From: Flaccisagitta enflata
Taxonomy: Eukaryota
Direction: 5' to 3'
Assembly: GCA_965153355.1 (NCBI GenBank)
Contig: OZ231126.1
Span: 49,476,001-49,540,000, forward strand
Length of the DNA: 64,000 nt
This document shows positions 45,673 to 58,992 of the stretch, piece by piece (position 1 is the stretch's first letter; every line of letters starts with the position of its first letter). Under the pieces are notes generated by a model. It made no database searches. It was not told the DNA's origin and saw nothing but the letters and a program-made list of their open reading frames with translations. The position numbers and the translations under genes were made by a program.

Positions 45673-46413
45673 GGAGGATGAAACAAGGCCGTATACACTT
45701 CCCCCAGTCGCGAACGGTTGGGCAGGAGCGGAAAATAGAAATGTCACGGACGGACCGACCATCCGACGGACGGACCGGCCGATATGGCAAGTTCTAGAGT
45801 CGCGTGTCCGCGACTAAAAAAAAAGCAAAAAAGACTGAAAGCAAGGGAAAAGAAAAAGAAATAGTCAAACAAAGAAAGAAAGAAAGTGAGCGAGAAAAGA
45901 AGAAGGAAAGAAAAAGAAAAAAATAGGGAACGAGTGAAAGATTGATACAAGAGGGAAATGGCACAGAAGGAGAAGGAACGGAACGTGATGGAAAAATGAA
46001 GTGAAAAATGTTGAGATGATGCAAATTATGCCCGCGATACAATTGCTCCTCGTAGTGCCAGCTGTGCCGGTGTTTGAAATCTAGCTTAAGTAGGGAAAAG
46101 CTCTTACTTTGACTAGCTCACTATTACAAGCTCACTATGACAAGCGCACTATTAGCGGCTGCAGCGCGGAAGGCACCGGGATCTTTCATTTTTGCTTACC
46201 AAGTGTTTACAAAGTTATTATTTTTTCTTGTCTATTTAACAATTAACATGGTTCAACCCGACCGACAGACCGACGGACCGATGGACAAAAACAAAAACAC
46301 CGTACAGTGGAACTCCACAATAACAGCCCCGCTTTTAAAGGTTCTCTATCAATAAAGGTCAACATTTTGAGGTCCCAAATGGTAGTTTTTAATGTGATTT
46401 CACCTCTCTTTAA

Positions 46414-46623
46414 CACCTGTTACAGTGAAAACGTCTCAGCAACACTTAAAACAAAACTATAAAAATCTTACCCTAGTTGGCCCAGTAAGCTGAAATTTTA
46501 ACTAAAACGTCCTAGTACCTTTGAGCAGCTACAGTTGAAATTTTGTCTTCCTGGGCCAACTAGAAGTAAGCTTTTCATAGTTTTAATATGAGTGTTGCTG
46601 TGACGTTTTTACTTTAACAGGTG
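46414..46623. mobile_element. TTAA-flanked palindromic MITE (piggyBac-like) inside a TA-flanked CAGT-ended MITE (about 46314-46694)
   Basis: TTAA|CACCTGTTA...TAACAGGTG|TTAA. Confidence 0.8.
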
Positions 46624-47468
46624 TTAAAGGTTATCCTGAGATAAAGGTGATAAATCTTCAGTCCCAATGGGAGCGATAAGGCGGGGTCCTACTGTATTTT
46701 CGAGTGTCTTAGCTAGAATAGGAGGTCATTCCTCTTCGGTTGGGTCTGAAGACTGAAAGCCGGTAATCAAACCTTGGGGAATTTCCAGGCTTCCTTCTTC
46801 TCCCGAGGATATTGCCAACCATGATATGACAGGACTTTCTCGTTACTTATTGGCAAACTCAATCGACGGACGATCACATAATCATATTGAGACTGTTGTT
46901 TTTCTCACTGTCTGTGTGACAATTTTTTCCGTATTATCTGACGGTCTTTCCGTATTTCTGTCTGTCCGCCTGTCTACCTGTCTGTCTGTCCGCCTGTCTG
47001 CCTGACTACCGGTCTCATTCTTTTCAGAGGGGAATGCAAAAAATTATTTCTTTAAATGCCTTCATTTTTAAGTTTGGCAACAACTATGCGTCTGCGTAAT
47101 GCGCATTTCCTATAATTTTTTATCAATTTATTCCATCTACCTTTCAGCGTGCCTGTCTGTCTGTCTGTCTTTCTATCTGTCTGTCTACCTCCGTTCGTTA
47201 CTTGTCCATTTGGTGACTGTTTTTCTAAATCAGCGCATCTGAAAACATAAAAAAGGTTACACAATCTTATTTTATTTGAAACAATCGCGGACATGTTTAA
47301 AAAGAGGCTCATGGCTGAGTCACAAGCTGAAACAAAAATATTTTCATCTACTTTTGTAACGTGTGCGTGTCCAATCTGTAAAATGATTTTTTTTTCTTCT
47401 AAAGTGTACCTTTGAATTAAAACATTGAACATAGCATAAGATTCGTAACTCGTTAACAATATTGTTAA

Positions 47469-48213
47469 TCAATTCATGACCAGTACTCTCTCCCAAATTC
47501 TGAGGCCGCTGACGGCGACGGTTGTGTAACCTCCGTAACTGGAATCCAACACGCTGATCCCGATGCATCGGAACTTTTCGTGGACGCTGTCGTCGGCGTC
47601 GCAATACTTGCTTTGCGTACCCCGCTCAAACGGTTTCCCGGACAGGTCTTCGCATAAAACGGTCCACGCGGATTTTTCGTTGCAGACGGGATCGTTGGAG
47701 GCGATGAACTGCCATTTAGTGGCGCCGCACCAAAAGCCATTGTCGCCGCATCCGGGCTTAAGTCCCGGTCTAAAAGAGATGCGACTCGGGACGAAAGCTG
47801 TCGGGAACTCGTACCAAAGAAGATGCGGGAAAGGGTAGACTAAGTTGCCGGTGCCATTCTCGTTCCGACCGCTTTGGTAGAAAGTCTCGTCCTTGTGTTG
47901 GAAGGCGTTGGCCGGTTGGTAACTCGGGCCCCTGTCGTAGCGCGATGAAGAACCTACTTTGCCACCGACGCAGGAAGTCTCCTTCAGCGTGTATCCTGGA
48001 TGTGTACAATGCAATTTCGAATCGAGATGTAAATGAGGAATGTGACTTAAGTTGGTTCAAAGACTCATCAAAGTGGGCCAGAATTACAAAAATGCTTAAA
48101 AAAAGAAAAAAAATTTTCGACCTTGCTAGTTGACGCTTACTTGTTGATTCAATCGACGAAGCTGTCAACAAAAACGAAACTACTTGAATTGCCAAAATTA
48201 AGGAGCGCTCCAT
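47469..48213 (-). CDS. Secreted Cys-rich discoidin/F5-8 type C (galactose-binding-like) domain protein, 199 aa. Exons 48213-48141 and 47995-47469
   Basis: Exon 1 encodes a signal-peptide-like MERSLILAIQVVSFLLTAS. Donor A|gtaagc (phase 1) joins acceptor catccag|GA TAC in frame (600 nt total). Exon 2 is visibly GC-richer than its flanks and follows a discoidin-like pattern (SSS..Y.PANAF..SG..PHLLWYEF..SRISFRP..KWQFIASND..WTVL..FRCIGI..VSGLRIW). AATAAA at 47276-47271. The gene model is strong; the fold call is from motif recognition only. Confidence 0.8.
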
Positions 48214-49433
48214 TTTGAAATAAAATTTCGATTATTTTAAATAGACCAAATTCGAGAGAGTGATCTCCTCAACAATTTTGTGAAACCTTCAAGTCGCGGT
48301 TATGCTAAGCAAAACCCGATTACGAATCATGTAATCAAAGAAAGACTCGACTCTACTTGAATCACGTGATTGATTTCTGTAAAGTCGTATGCGAGATAGG
48401 GGCCTTTTTGCGGGTGACAAAAGAAAGTGATAACTCAAAAGAAGACACGCGGAAAAATAAATGGACTGACGCAAAGGCAGAGGACGGACAGACTGATGAT
48501 GACTAACTAACCACCGCAACTGGCAAAAGTCGTTGTTGATTGTCTCATAACTTTGAAAATAGTTATTTCAAATTCAGCACTGCAACTAATCATAAGCGAA
48601 CCAAACTAAAAAGAAGAAGCACAACCAATCATAATCAAACCAAATTAAAAAGAAGAAGAAGAATAAATTATAAAAGTTTCTTTCTTCCACCACTCCTTCC
48701 TCTCTTTTTACCTATCTTTCCCAATGACACGTTGTCTCTCTTGTTCTCTAAAGACACTCTCACAGTCCTTCGGTCTGTGCATTCATTAGTCTGTTGATGA
48801 GTCCACTCATTGATAATGCCATCACATCACCTTTTGCTTGATGAAATGATAAAAGCCTAAGTAGTTAAGAAACGTTTATTTTATATCTTATTGAAAACAT
48901 TTTCCGTTTTTTTTCATCAAACACCCCGTGAATAAATCTTCCTTAAGGATGTCCTCGATTATAGACGGTATACTTGAAAGATTGTCTATCGCTCAGCATA
49001 TCAATTCTCACGGTGGAAGCATCGTTGGTCAATTGAGCTGTTTCTTTTTTTTTCTTCATCTTTTGCGGTCTCGATTTGTTCTTCTTTTGATGGCGGAGTC
49101 GATTCTTTTCTATTCTTGCTGACGCAGTTTTCTGGCAGCTGTGACCAAATGTTTCAGGTCTGCCGATTAAATGGTTTCCCATTAATCGTCGTTGCCACGG
49201 AATCTCGGCAACACCGGCCTCCATCATAATGACGAAGATGAGGAGAGGGTGGGGATGAGGAGGGGGTGGGGATGAGGAGAGGATGGGGATGAGGTGGGGA
49301 TAAGGTGGTGGTGGGGTAGAGGCTAGGTAAGAGTCGCCGGGGCAATATTGTCCTCCATCAAAATGACGGACGGAGATGAGGAGAGGGTGGGGATGAGATG
49401 AGGATGACGAGTGGGTGGGGAAAAATAGAGATA

Positions 49434-50018
49434 CCATCTTGGCCATAAATATAAGCACAGCTTTAAAGTGTCATAACTCGCTTAATTTTTAACGCACAGA
49501 GATGATTTTTTTTCTTCAAAATTTGCGTCTTTGAAAAATCTATCAAATAAGACCAAGATGGTTCCTGTATCTCTATTCGTTAAGAAATGAGAGCCAAATG
49601 AATAAAACATTTGCTTTTTGCAAGCGTGGTTGGGCAAATCTTTCTTAGTTTATGGAGAATGGTGCATTGGCACATTGCGCCAAATATACTGTATTCTGTA
49701 AGATCGACGACTTAAGCTTGTCTAGGGTTACCCCACATCAATTTGCATCTCAATCCAATTGAGATTAAAAACCTGCGGAAACAGGGGAAAACAACATGCA
49801 AAGCAGGGCTGAAATGAATTGCATAAATGGTTTGAAACAACATCACTCTAGAGTACCTCCAGTCTCTCTACAAGTCAATGGCAAAGTGAATGCAGGCGGT
49901 GGTAGATGCCCAACATAATCATACTAAATATTAGATGCAGTTTTATATGTTTGTTGCTCACTTCTAGTCAATTAATCAACTTATCCACCTACTGTGCTTA
50001 TATTTATGGCCAAGATGG
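49434..50018 (+). mobile_element. Tc1-like deletion derivative with a C-terminal transposase relic
   Basis: TA|CCATCTTGGCCATAAATATAAGCACAG perfect TIR at both ends; relic FMENGALAHCAKYT ... LNPIE ... LYKSMAK*MQAVVDAQHNHTKY* matches Tc1 FQQDNAPCH / SPDLNPIE / SMPRRxxAVIxAKGGxTKY. Confidence 0.85.
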
Positions 50019-50838
50019 TAAGGTGGGGATGAGGTGTGGATGAGGTGGGGGCGGGGTACAGGTTAGGTAGGAATCGCTCGGGGAACATTGGTCTCCACAT
50101 CACAACTTCAGAGATGGAGAGAGGGTGGGGGTGAGGTAGGGGTGAGGTGGTGGTGAGGTACAGGCTAGGTAAGAATCGCTCAGGAAACAACGGTCTCCAC
50201 AATACTGGCGGAGACGGTGAGAGGATGGGGTGGGGATCAGGTGGGGATGAGGTGAGGGTGGGGTAGAGGTTAGGCAAGGGTCGCCACAGCAACACCAGCC
50301 TCCATCATAACGTAAGCGATGGGGAGAGGGTGGGGATGAGGTCGGGGTGAGGTGGGGGCGGGGTACAGGCTAGGTGAGAATCGCTACGGTAACAACGGTC
50401 TCCACAATAATGGCGGAGACGGTAAGAGGGGGGGGTTCGGGCGGTATGGAGGTATAGTTGATGGCGGAGATGGGAAGAGGTTAGGGATGGGTTGGGGAAG
50501 GGTGGTAACGGGATGCGACTGGATGAGGACGACATTGTTACGATATGTTTGGTTGCTGTAAAGCATGTTCGGTTGCTGCCTCGTTACTGTATGCAGGATG
50601 GCTTCATTTTGGTAAAAATAACAATTCATGCAGTGGTAAGATTGAGTATTTTTTTTTTTTTGGTGTATTTTAGCAATGGACGTATGGAATAGAATTGGAT
50701 AACTGGTGCCTGTTGAAATTGATAGTAAGATAAAAGATGTATGGCTTATTGCACTGAAGCTTCAGGCCGTTGGCTTTTCATTAACCGGTTTATTGGAAGT
50801 TGACGTTGAAGTTGAATTTTTAACTAATTTCTGATTTA

Positions 50839-51122
50839 GGGGGCGTTTCTAGTCGAAGACGATCGCGTTTTGAAAGGGCCACTCGGTCGCTGGCTATGTT
50901 CATTTGCTCGTACCGCTCACTCTGCTCACGCGCTACGCAGCGCTCCGCTTCGCTATGCTCGCTTCGCTAAGCTCGCTTCGCTACGCTCGCTCCGTTCACG
51001 GGCTTGCTCACCCAATTCGCTCACTCCCTCGTGGGACAGTTGAAATTCTTGAATATCTGTTCACACTGTTATCGCGTTTCACGGGAACAAACGCGTTTTT
51101 GGCGCTCACTAGAAACACGCCC
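50839..51122. mobile_element. MITE with TT(T/A)A flanks and GG...CC ends (Kolobok-like)
   Basis: TTTA|GGGGGCGTTTCTAGT ... ACTAGAAACACGCCC|TTAA; internal CGCT-rich repeats. Confidence 0.55.
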
Positions 51123-51930
51123 TTAAAAAGAAACGAAAGACGAAGAAAAAGAATAAGAGTTCATTGACAGCCACGACGCGTCTTCATAAATAAGGCGAAA
51201 TGCTGTGGAAAAGGTGAGTTGAGAATGATTAACATGAAGTTGGTTGGGAAGTCAAGGGCGTAGATCTCGTCAGAAAAGAATTCAAGATAGAAAAAAGGTG
51301 TAAGTCGCGTAAAGGAAAGGACGAGCGCTGATTATACATAACTGTAGTCAGGTCTATGTTTAGAAGGGATGTGGTAGTGGTCGATTTCTATGCCGTTTTC
51401 ACTGCTTCCGCTTCCGGTTCCACTTCCGGTTCCGAAATAATAATTGTTCTATTTTCCAATCAAGCGTGCCGGACGGACGGACGGACCGACAAAGGGACAG
51501 CGTTTCTTAAAGAGGTGCGTTAGCGCACCTGGAAAGGGTCGACACTCCAGGTAATTCGCTTCGTGCTTTGAATCGTTATAACACTTGTGTTATCCAAAGT
51601 GTTGTAACTGCTGGTATGCCTACGTTGCATAACGATCTAAAAACGCCCTAGTGACACCCTTGGGGACGGTCTATCTCTGACACTAAGACACAGTTCTAGG
51701 TAGATGTGATAGAGAGAAAGACGCAGAATTTAGGTGGGCAGGGGCGGGAAGGGGGGGGGAGAGGCAATATCGGAAGAACAAAGTGCAAAAGTCGTCGAGA
51801 AAGAGAAGAAAAAAGATCAGAGAGGGGAAAAAAGAGCGAAATGACAGTTACTGTTACACGATGGTGTCGCACGCGGTAATGTGGACAGTAATGGCCATCG
51901 ACCAAATCTTTTTTCTCCCCTGAAATGAAG

Positions 51931-52139
<209 letters not shown>

Positions 52140-52375
52140 GCATGCACACACACACGCACACACACGAACACACACAGTCACAGATCACACAGACGAGGGA
52201 ATATATGTACATTGTACAAATCTAAATGAACAGGAAATGCCAATAGTGCCGACAACACAGCTACCGAAGTTGCGTTCTGGTGGACAGGAGCGGTGTGGAA
52301 AAAAGATAATGAAGCATTTATATTGGGAGAGGCAGTGATGCCGGTAAGCGAAAAAAAAAAAGATAGGAAAGGCTG

Positions 52376-52997
52376 TTTTTTTAGGTGCGCCATAGCACCT
52401 CTCTCTATAAGAGGCTCTGTCTGTTGGTCGGTTGGTTGGTTGGTCGGTTGGTCGGTCACGCTCGAGTTGAAATTCTCGAAAAGAAGCAAAAATCACTGGA
52501 AATGATTCAGAAATATGCTAGGATGATTCTCAGATGCGCCATAGCACCTCTATAAGAGGCTCTGTCCGTCCGTCGGTCACGCTCGAATGAAAAATCGCTT
52601 AAAAATGTTTGAAATCAATTGAAAACTCATTTCGTTCATCATTGATGGTGCTCATCATTTCATTCACTAAAATAATCAGCTACGATTAGGTCTGTTAGAG
52701 CTGGGAATAGGTCGGATAGGTCTGGTGGTAGGTCGGATAGGTCTGGGGATAGTTCTGATAGAGCTAGGGTTAGGTATGATAGAGCTGGTGATAGGTCTTA
52801 TAGAGCTCGGGATAGGTCTGATAGAGCTCGGGATAGGTCCGATAGAGCTCGGGATAGGCCTGATAGAGCTTGGAATAGGTCTGATAGAGCTAGTGATAGG
52901 TCTGGTAGAGCTATGGATAGGTCTGATGGAGCTAGGGATAGGTCTAAGAATTAATAACGCCCGGCGCACCGTCTTGGCTCGTGTATCCGCCCTTGTT
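52376..52997 (+). mobile_element. HINE-like family C (second copy from 62195 to the window end)
   Basis: 5' TTTTTAGGTGCGCCATAGCACCT hairpin, GTCS/GGTT microsatellite, 21-bp ataggtctgatagagctcggg array, 3' GCGCACC...GTGTATCCGCCCTTGTT. Confidence 0.72.
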
Positions 52998-53399
52998 CTG
53001 CCAAAGATGTATAGAGCATATTTGTACAGATTAACGGTCCGACAAACGGATGGATGGAACGACAATCGCCGAATACGATTTGTCATCTTGACGTGCTCCG
53101 ACGTACAAAAAAAAAAAAAAAAAACAAACCTGCTGAACGACGTCTAACAAAAGGGCAATCGCGTTCCACAACAAAAGACACTTTTTCTTCTTTTCTTTCT
53201 CCTCCTCCACCACAATTTCCTCTCTACCTCTACCTGCACCTGCTCTTCTTCCTCCTTTCCTTTCTCACATAATGACAGGTTCTAGAGACTGAATGAATCC
53301 AAACAAAAGCCAAAAGCAGGCGAGAAAAGTCGAACAACGTGACAATTATGCCGCCACAAATGTCTCTGATTCCATGCTAATAATAGGCTGACTGCGCCG

Positions 53400-55060
53400 A
53401 TGGTGGCCTGAAGGCGATGTGGCGTTGCGATGGGGTGGTGGATATGACGTTGCGATGTGGTGGCGGTGGATGCAGTGTTGCGATGGGATGGCGGTAGCTA
53501 TGGCGTTGCGATGGGGTGGCGTTGCGTTGGGGTGGCTATGACGTTGTTATGGGATGGCTATGGCGTTGCGAGGGCCGAGGGGGTGGTGGTTGCTGTGGCA
53601 TTGCGAGGGGGTGGTGGTGGCAGTGGCTATGGCGTTGCGATGGGGTGGCGGTGGCGGTTGCTATGACGTTGTGATAGGGTGGCGGTGGCAGTGGCTGTGG
53701 CGTTGCAATGGGATGGCGGTGGCAATGGCGTTGCGATGGGGTGACGGTGGATGTGGCATTGTGATGGGCTGGTTTTGGCTATGGCGTTGCGATAGGGTGG
53801 CGATGGCTATGGCATTGCAATGTGGTGGCGGTGGATGCGGTGTTGCGATGGGGTGGTGGTGACTATGGCGTTGTAATTGGGTGGTGGTGGATGTGGCGTT
53901 GTGATGGGATGGCTATGGCGTTGCAAGGGCCGATGGGGTGGTGGTTGCTGTGGCGTTGCGATGGGGTGGCAATGGCTATGGCGTTGCGATGGGATGGCGC
54001 TGGCGCTGGCTATGACGTTGCGATGGGGTGGCGGTGGCAGTGGCTGTGGCTGTGGCGTTGCAATGGGGTGGCGGTGGTAATGGCGTTGCGACGCGATGGG
54101 GTGACGGTGGATGTGGCGTTGCGATGGGGTGGTTTTGGCTATGGCATCGCGATAGGGTGGCGATGGCTATGGCATTGCAATGTGGTGGATTCGGTGTTGC
54201 GATGGGATGGCGGTGGCTATGGCGCTGTGATGGGGTGGCGGTGGATGTGGCTTTTTGGGCAGCGGCCCCGAAGGGGACGAAGTCCTGTAGAACACAGGGG
54301 GACTTTCGTTCGTCCGTTTATTTGTTCGTTTGTTCGTCCCTCCCCCCATCAGGCCCCTCAGACCTCAAATCTGTCCTCTCAGGTCTCAAATTTGGCCTCT
54401 CAGGCCTCAAATCCGGCCTCTCAGGCCTCAAATCAAGCCTCTCAGGCTTCAAATCCAGCCTCTCAGGCCTCAAATCCAGCCCCTCAGGCCTCAAATTTGG
54501 TCTCTCAGGTCTCAAACCTGGCCTGTCAGGTCTCAAATCTGGCCTCTCAGGCCTCAAGTTCGGCCACTCAAGCCTCAAATCCAGCCTCTCAGGCCTTAAA
54601 TCCGGTCCCTCAGGCCTTAAATCCAGCCCCTCAGGCCTCAAATTTAGTGTCTCAGGTCTCAAATATGGCTTGTCAGGTCTCAAATCCATCCTGTAAGGCC
54701 TCAAACCTGGCCTCTCAGGCCTCAAATTAGGCAGGACGAACGAAAGTCCCCCTGTGTTCTACAGGACTTCGTCCCCTTCGGGGCCGCTGCCCTGCATCCC
54801 CTCACACAATTTCACAATCATGCAAAGCAGGGCAACGGGTATCGCTGACCACATATTGCCCTTGGGCGACCTGTTGATAGGGTAGTGGTGGATATGACAT
54901 TGTGATGGGATGGCAATGGCGTCGCGAGGGAGTGGCGATGGCTGTAGCGTTGCGATGGGGTGACAGTAGCTGTGGCGTTTCGATGCGGTAGCGGTGGCTA
55001 GGGCGTTGCGATGGGGTGGCGGTGGCAATGGGGTGGCCGTGACAATGGCGTTGCGATGGA
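53400..55060. repeat. G-rich minisatellite (tggcgttgcgatggggtggcggtggcta, about 28 bp) interrupted by a family B element
   Basis: Degenerate tandem copies on both sides of 54252-54875. Confidence 0.85.
54252..54875 (+). mobile_element. HINE/DINE-1-like element, family B (best-preserved copy)
   Basis: 5' T-run, perfect 59-bp asymmetric inverted repeat (54257-54315 / 54734-54792), GTYC microsatellite, central 21-bp tandem array (ggcctcaaatccagcctctca), about 80-bp 3' tail, no TSD. Confidence 0.8.
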
Positions 55061-55586
55061 GTAGTTCCGTTGGCGATAAGAGTGGGGTAATTGGTGTTGT
55101 CACAGACGATTTCGAGTTCAGCGTTGGAGAAAAAGGGGGTTGTTGCTTATGAATACATCTCTGCAAGAAAGGATTTGAGAAGATTGGAAGGGAAGTAGGT
55201 GAGTAATGGTCAGTGGTCTGTGGTAATTAGAGTAAGTTTTCTCAGAAGATCCTCAGAACGTTGTCCCAGGCTCTCGAGACCGTGATTTTTGAATTCCTCG
55301 TCAAAAATTGTGTGGAAACAGCGAACAGGGTGATTTTGTGACAAAACCGAAATTTAAAATCACACTCGTTATCATCATTTCTACCCTCAAAAATTTTGCC
55401 GCCATTTTTTCATCGGTTTGAATGCGCTGATTCTCGCTATGAAACTTTGGCTCAATGTTTGTTAATGCATGGAATGTGAGACCAACCGACATTGATTCAA
55501 TGAAGAAGAAGATGTAGAAGAAGAAGAAGAAGAAGAAGAAAAAGAAGAAGAGGAAGAGGAAGAGAAGGAGGAGGAGAAAAAGAAGA

Positions 55587-55638
<52 letters not shown>

Positions 55639-55691
55639 AAATATAGATATATATATAATGTTGAGAAAAATATATAAGATATGAATGTCAG

Positions 55692-55767
<76 letters not shown>

Positions 55768-57276
55768 AAATCATTACCAAATAAATTTCATTTTGCATTT
55801 ACTTAATTTGCATGTTTGAGGAATATCTTTAAAAGCGAGCTGACGCTAGCTGACGCTACTGCTCGTATTGAGCTTTTGCACACGCGTAGATATATATCAG
55901 GGGTAGTTAATTCTCGATCTGCGGCTTTATGCGAGCACATGATGATGGCCAAACTAAGGTTTTAATTTTTCATGCAATAAATAAAATATCAAGAAAATGA
56001 GGTAAATTTCTCAAATTTAGCTTGAATCATTGTCACAGCATGTTGAATGAGATTCCAGAGAAAAAAGTCTATACTTTAAATTATCAATTGCGTATGGTTT
56101 GGCTAAATGGGACTTTCTTCAATGATTTTTTTTGCTTTTTCTCACTTTTTAGTTATTACATTTGTAATAAACAATTTTTGTATAATACAAACATAACGTC
56201 GAATCTATAGTCATATAAAAGGCGAGCGTCTCACGATTCTAGATATGTTTTTTATTTTTCATTATCAACATATCAAGCTTTTCAAATGAAAAAAAAAGCA
56301 TAACTATTGATCCAATGACAGCAAACATTATTCCAGCAGACATTCCGCTCTTCTGCAAAAACTTAATTAGAGCGTAGAGATGGTGTATGATACATAGATG
56401 TATTGCTCCATAGAATGCAATAAAACTGATTGATCGTTGTTGTATGGCGGAGAGATTTTGCTGATGGTTTGACATTTTCTGGCTCTCCAATACTCACAGG
56501 TGACTGATGCACTTACACTTGACCGCATCGGAAACTCGGCTATTTTCTTGACATCAGATATCATTTGTCAACATAGAGGCACAGCTTGGAAGTAGATCAG
56601 GGTTACACACACACAAGAGCAATTACTTCGAAAATGGAGAACGTTACACAAACAATAATGATGCTGTAACCAATGATGATTTAACAATGGCAACTATAAT
56701 TGTTCATGGTGATGGTGTCTGCCGAGGCCATCGGAAAAAGGTTGCAGCTGTTGTAGGTATTATTGGCTCTCGGATTTCCTCTCTTACCACCTATTAGCTC
56801 CCATTAGCTTGTTGTTCGTCCATCGTCCCGGATTAGCGATAGATTTTTTCCGTTTTCCTATTATTCTCTGCGTCTTAACGGTCTGTCTATAAAACTCTAT
56901 ATGTCCACCAGCCTGCCTTTCTATCTGTCAGTCCATCTATCTGCATGTCTGTCTCTCTAGGGTATGTCTGTTTGGCTATCTCTCTGCCTGCCTGTCTGTC
57001 TGAATATCTGTCTGTCTGTCCTTTCTGTCTCTCTGTCTGTCTTTGTCTCTCTGTCTTAGTCTGTTTCCGTCTGTCTAACTGTTTCCTTCACTGTCTGTCT
57101 GTCTCTGTCTGTCTCTGTCTCTCCCTCTCTTTGAAAATTCACTTATCATTACCTAATTCAGTACGACAACTGCCCAGCCAAACGCATAATGGTTAGTCGT
57201 GTATCCAGTCTTGTCGTGTAATGCTCTCCCCTTATGTTGCATTTGCGAAATGAATTTTGTTTGTAAAATTTCGTTA

Positions 57277-57760
<484 letters not shown>

Positions 57761-58040
57761 TGTCTGTTTTTCTTTTTCTTTTTTGCACAATCATTTGTTG
57801 TTTCCGAGACACTTTTTCTTGTGTCATGTTCTTCTAAGTTTATCCGATCTTTTTTTATTCTTTGTTGTTTGTGATTTGTTGTGTTGGATTTTTTTTTGTT
57901 GGTTTTTTTTTTTTTTTTCGACCCCTGGCGTTCCCTGCTTTTGCGTCTACTCTGAGTTTTGTCTTAAATCTGTAATTCTCTCTATTTGTGCTTTTGTCTG
58001 TCCATGCATGTGTCAAATCGATATGTTATTCCTGATATTC

Positions 58041-58992
58041 TTTTTAGTCGCGTGCTACGCGACTCTACAACCCGGTCGGTCGGTCGGTCGGTCGGTCGGT
58101 CGGTCGGTCGGTCGGTCGGTCGGTCGGTCGGTCGGTCGGTCGGTCGGTCGGTCGGTCGGTCGGTCGGTCGGTCGGTCGGTCGGTCGGTCGGTCGGTCGGT
58201 CGGTCGGTCGGTCGGTCGGTCGGTCGGTCGGTCGGTCGGTCGGTCGGTCGGTCGGTCGGTCGGTCGGTCGGTCGGTCGGTCGGTCGGTCGGTCGGTCGGT
58301 CGGTCGGTCGGTCGGTCGGTCGGTCGGTCCCCTTTTTGGGCAGCGGCCCCAAAGGGCCGATGTCCTGTAGAACACAGGGGGGAATTTCCATACGTCCGTC
58401 CGTCCGTCCGTCCGTCCCCCCCCCCCCGTTGGCCATCAACGCCTCAAATCTGCCCTCCCAGCCCTAAATTTAGCCCTCCAGGCCTCAAATCAGCCTTCTA
58501 GTCTTCAAATCAGCCCCCCTCCCCCCCGCCTCAAATCTGACCTACAGACCTCAGATCTGCCCTCCAGACCTTCAATTAGGCCTCCAAGCATCAAATCAGC
58601 CCTCTGTGGCTCAAATTTGCCCTCCAAACCTCAAATCCACTCTCAAAGCCTCAATTCTGCCCTCCAGCCTTCAAATATGCCTTCTTTGGCCTGAATCAGT
58701 CATCTTTTGCCAGAAATATGCCTCCTCAGGACGTATGGAAATTCCCCGTGTTCTACAGGACATCGGCCCTTTGGGGCCGCTGCCCTGCTCTCACTCCACT
58801 TCTTCACTGAATCACTCCCAGCAGGGCATCGGGTACCGCTGACCATGTGCGATCCTTGGATGACTAGTTACTTTTTCGGCGTTTTATAGTTTTTTGAACC
58901 TACAGCTCCTGCGCAAATGCTCTAGTGACCTTCTCTAGCACTGCTCCTGCCCAGCCGCACGCGACTGGGGAAGCCCTGTATCCAGCCTTGTT
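58041..58992 (+). mobile_element. HINE-like family A with expanded (GTCG)n and a nested family B copy (58333-58869)
   Basis: 5' TTTTTAGTCGCGTGCTACGCGACTCTA, (GTCG) x about 63, 3' CGCGACTGG...TGTATCCAGCCTTGTT. Confidence 0.8.

Noticed and set aside
52676..53147. Collagen- or LRR-like ORFs (IRPIPSS / GLIELGI repeats)
   Set aside because: 21-bp tandem array inside a family C repeat element.
53457..54730. ORFs up to 302 aa (Trp/Gly-rich; QASNPAS repeats)
   Set aside because: Read-through of a minisatellite and the 21-bp array of a repeat element.
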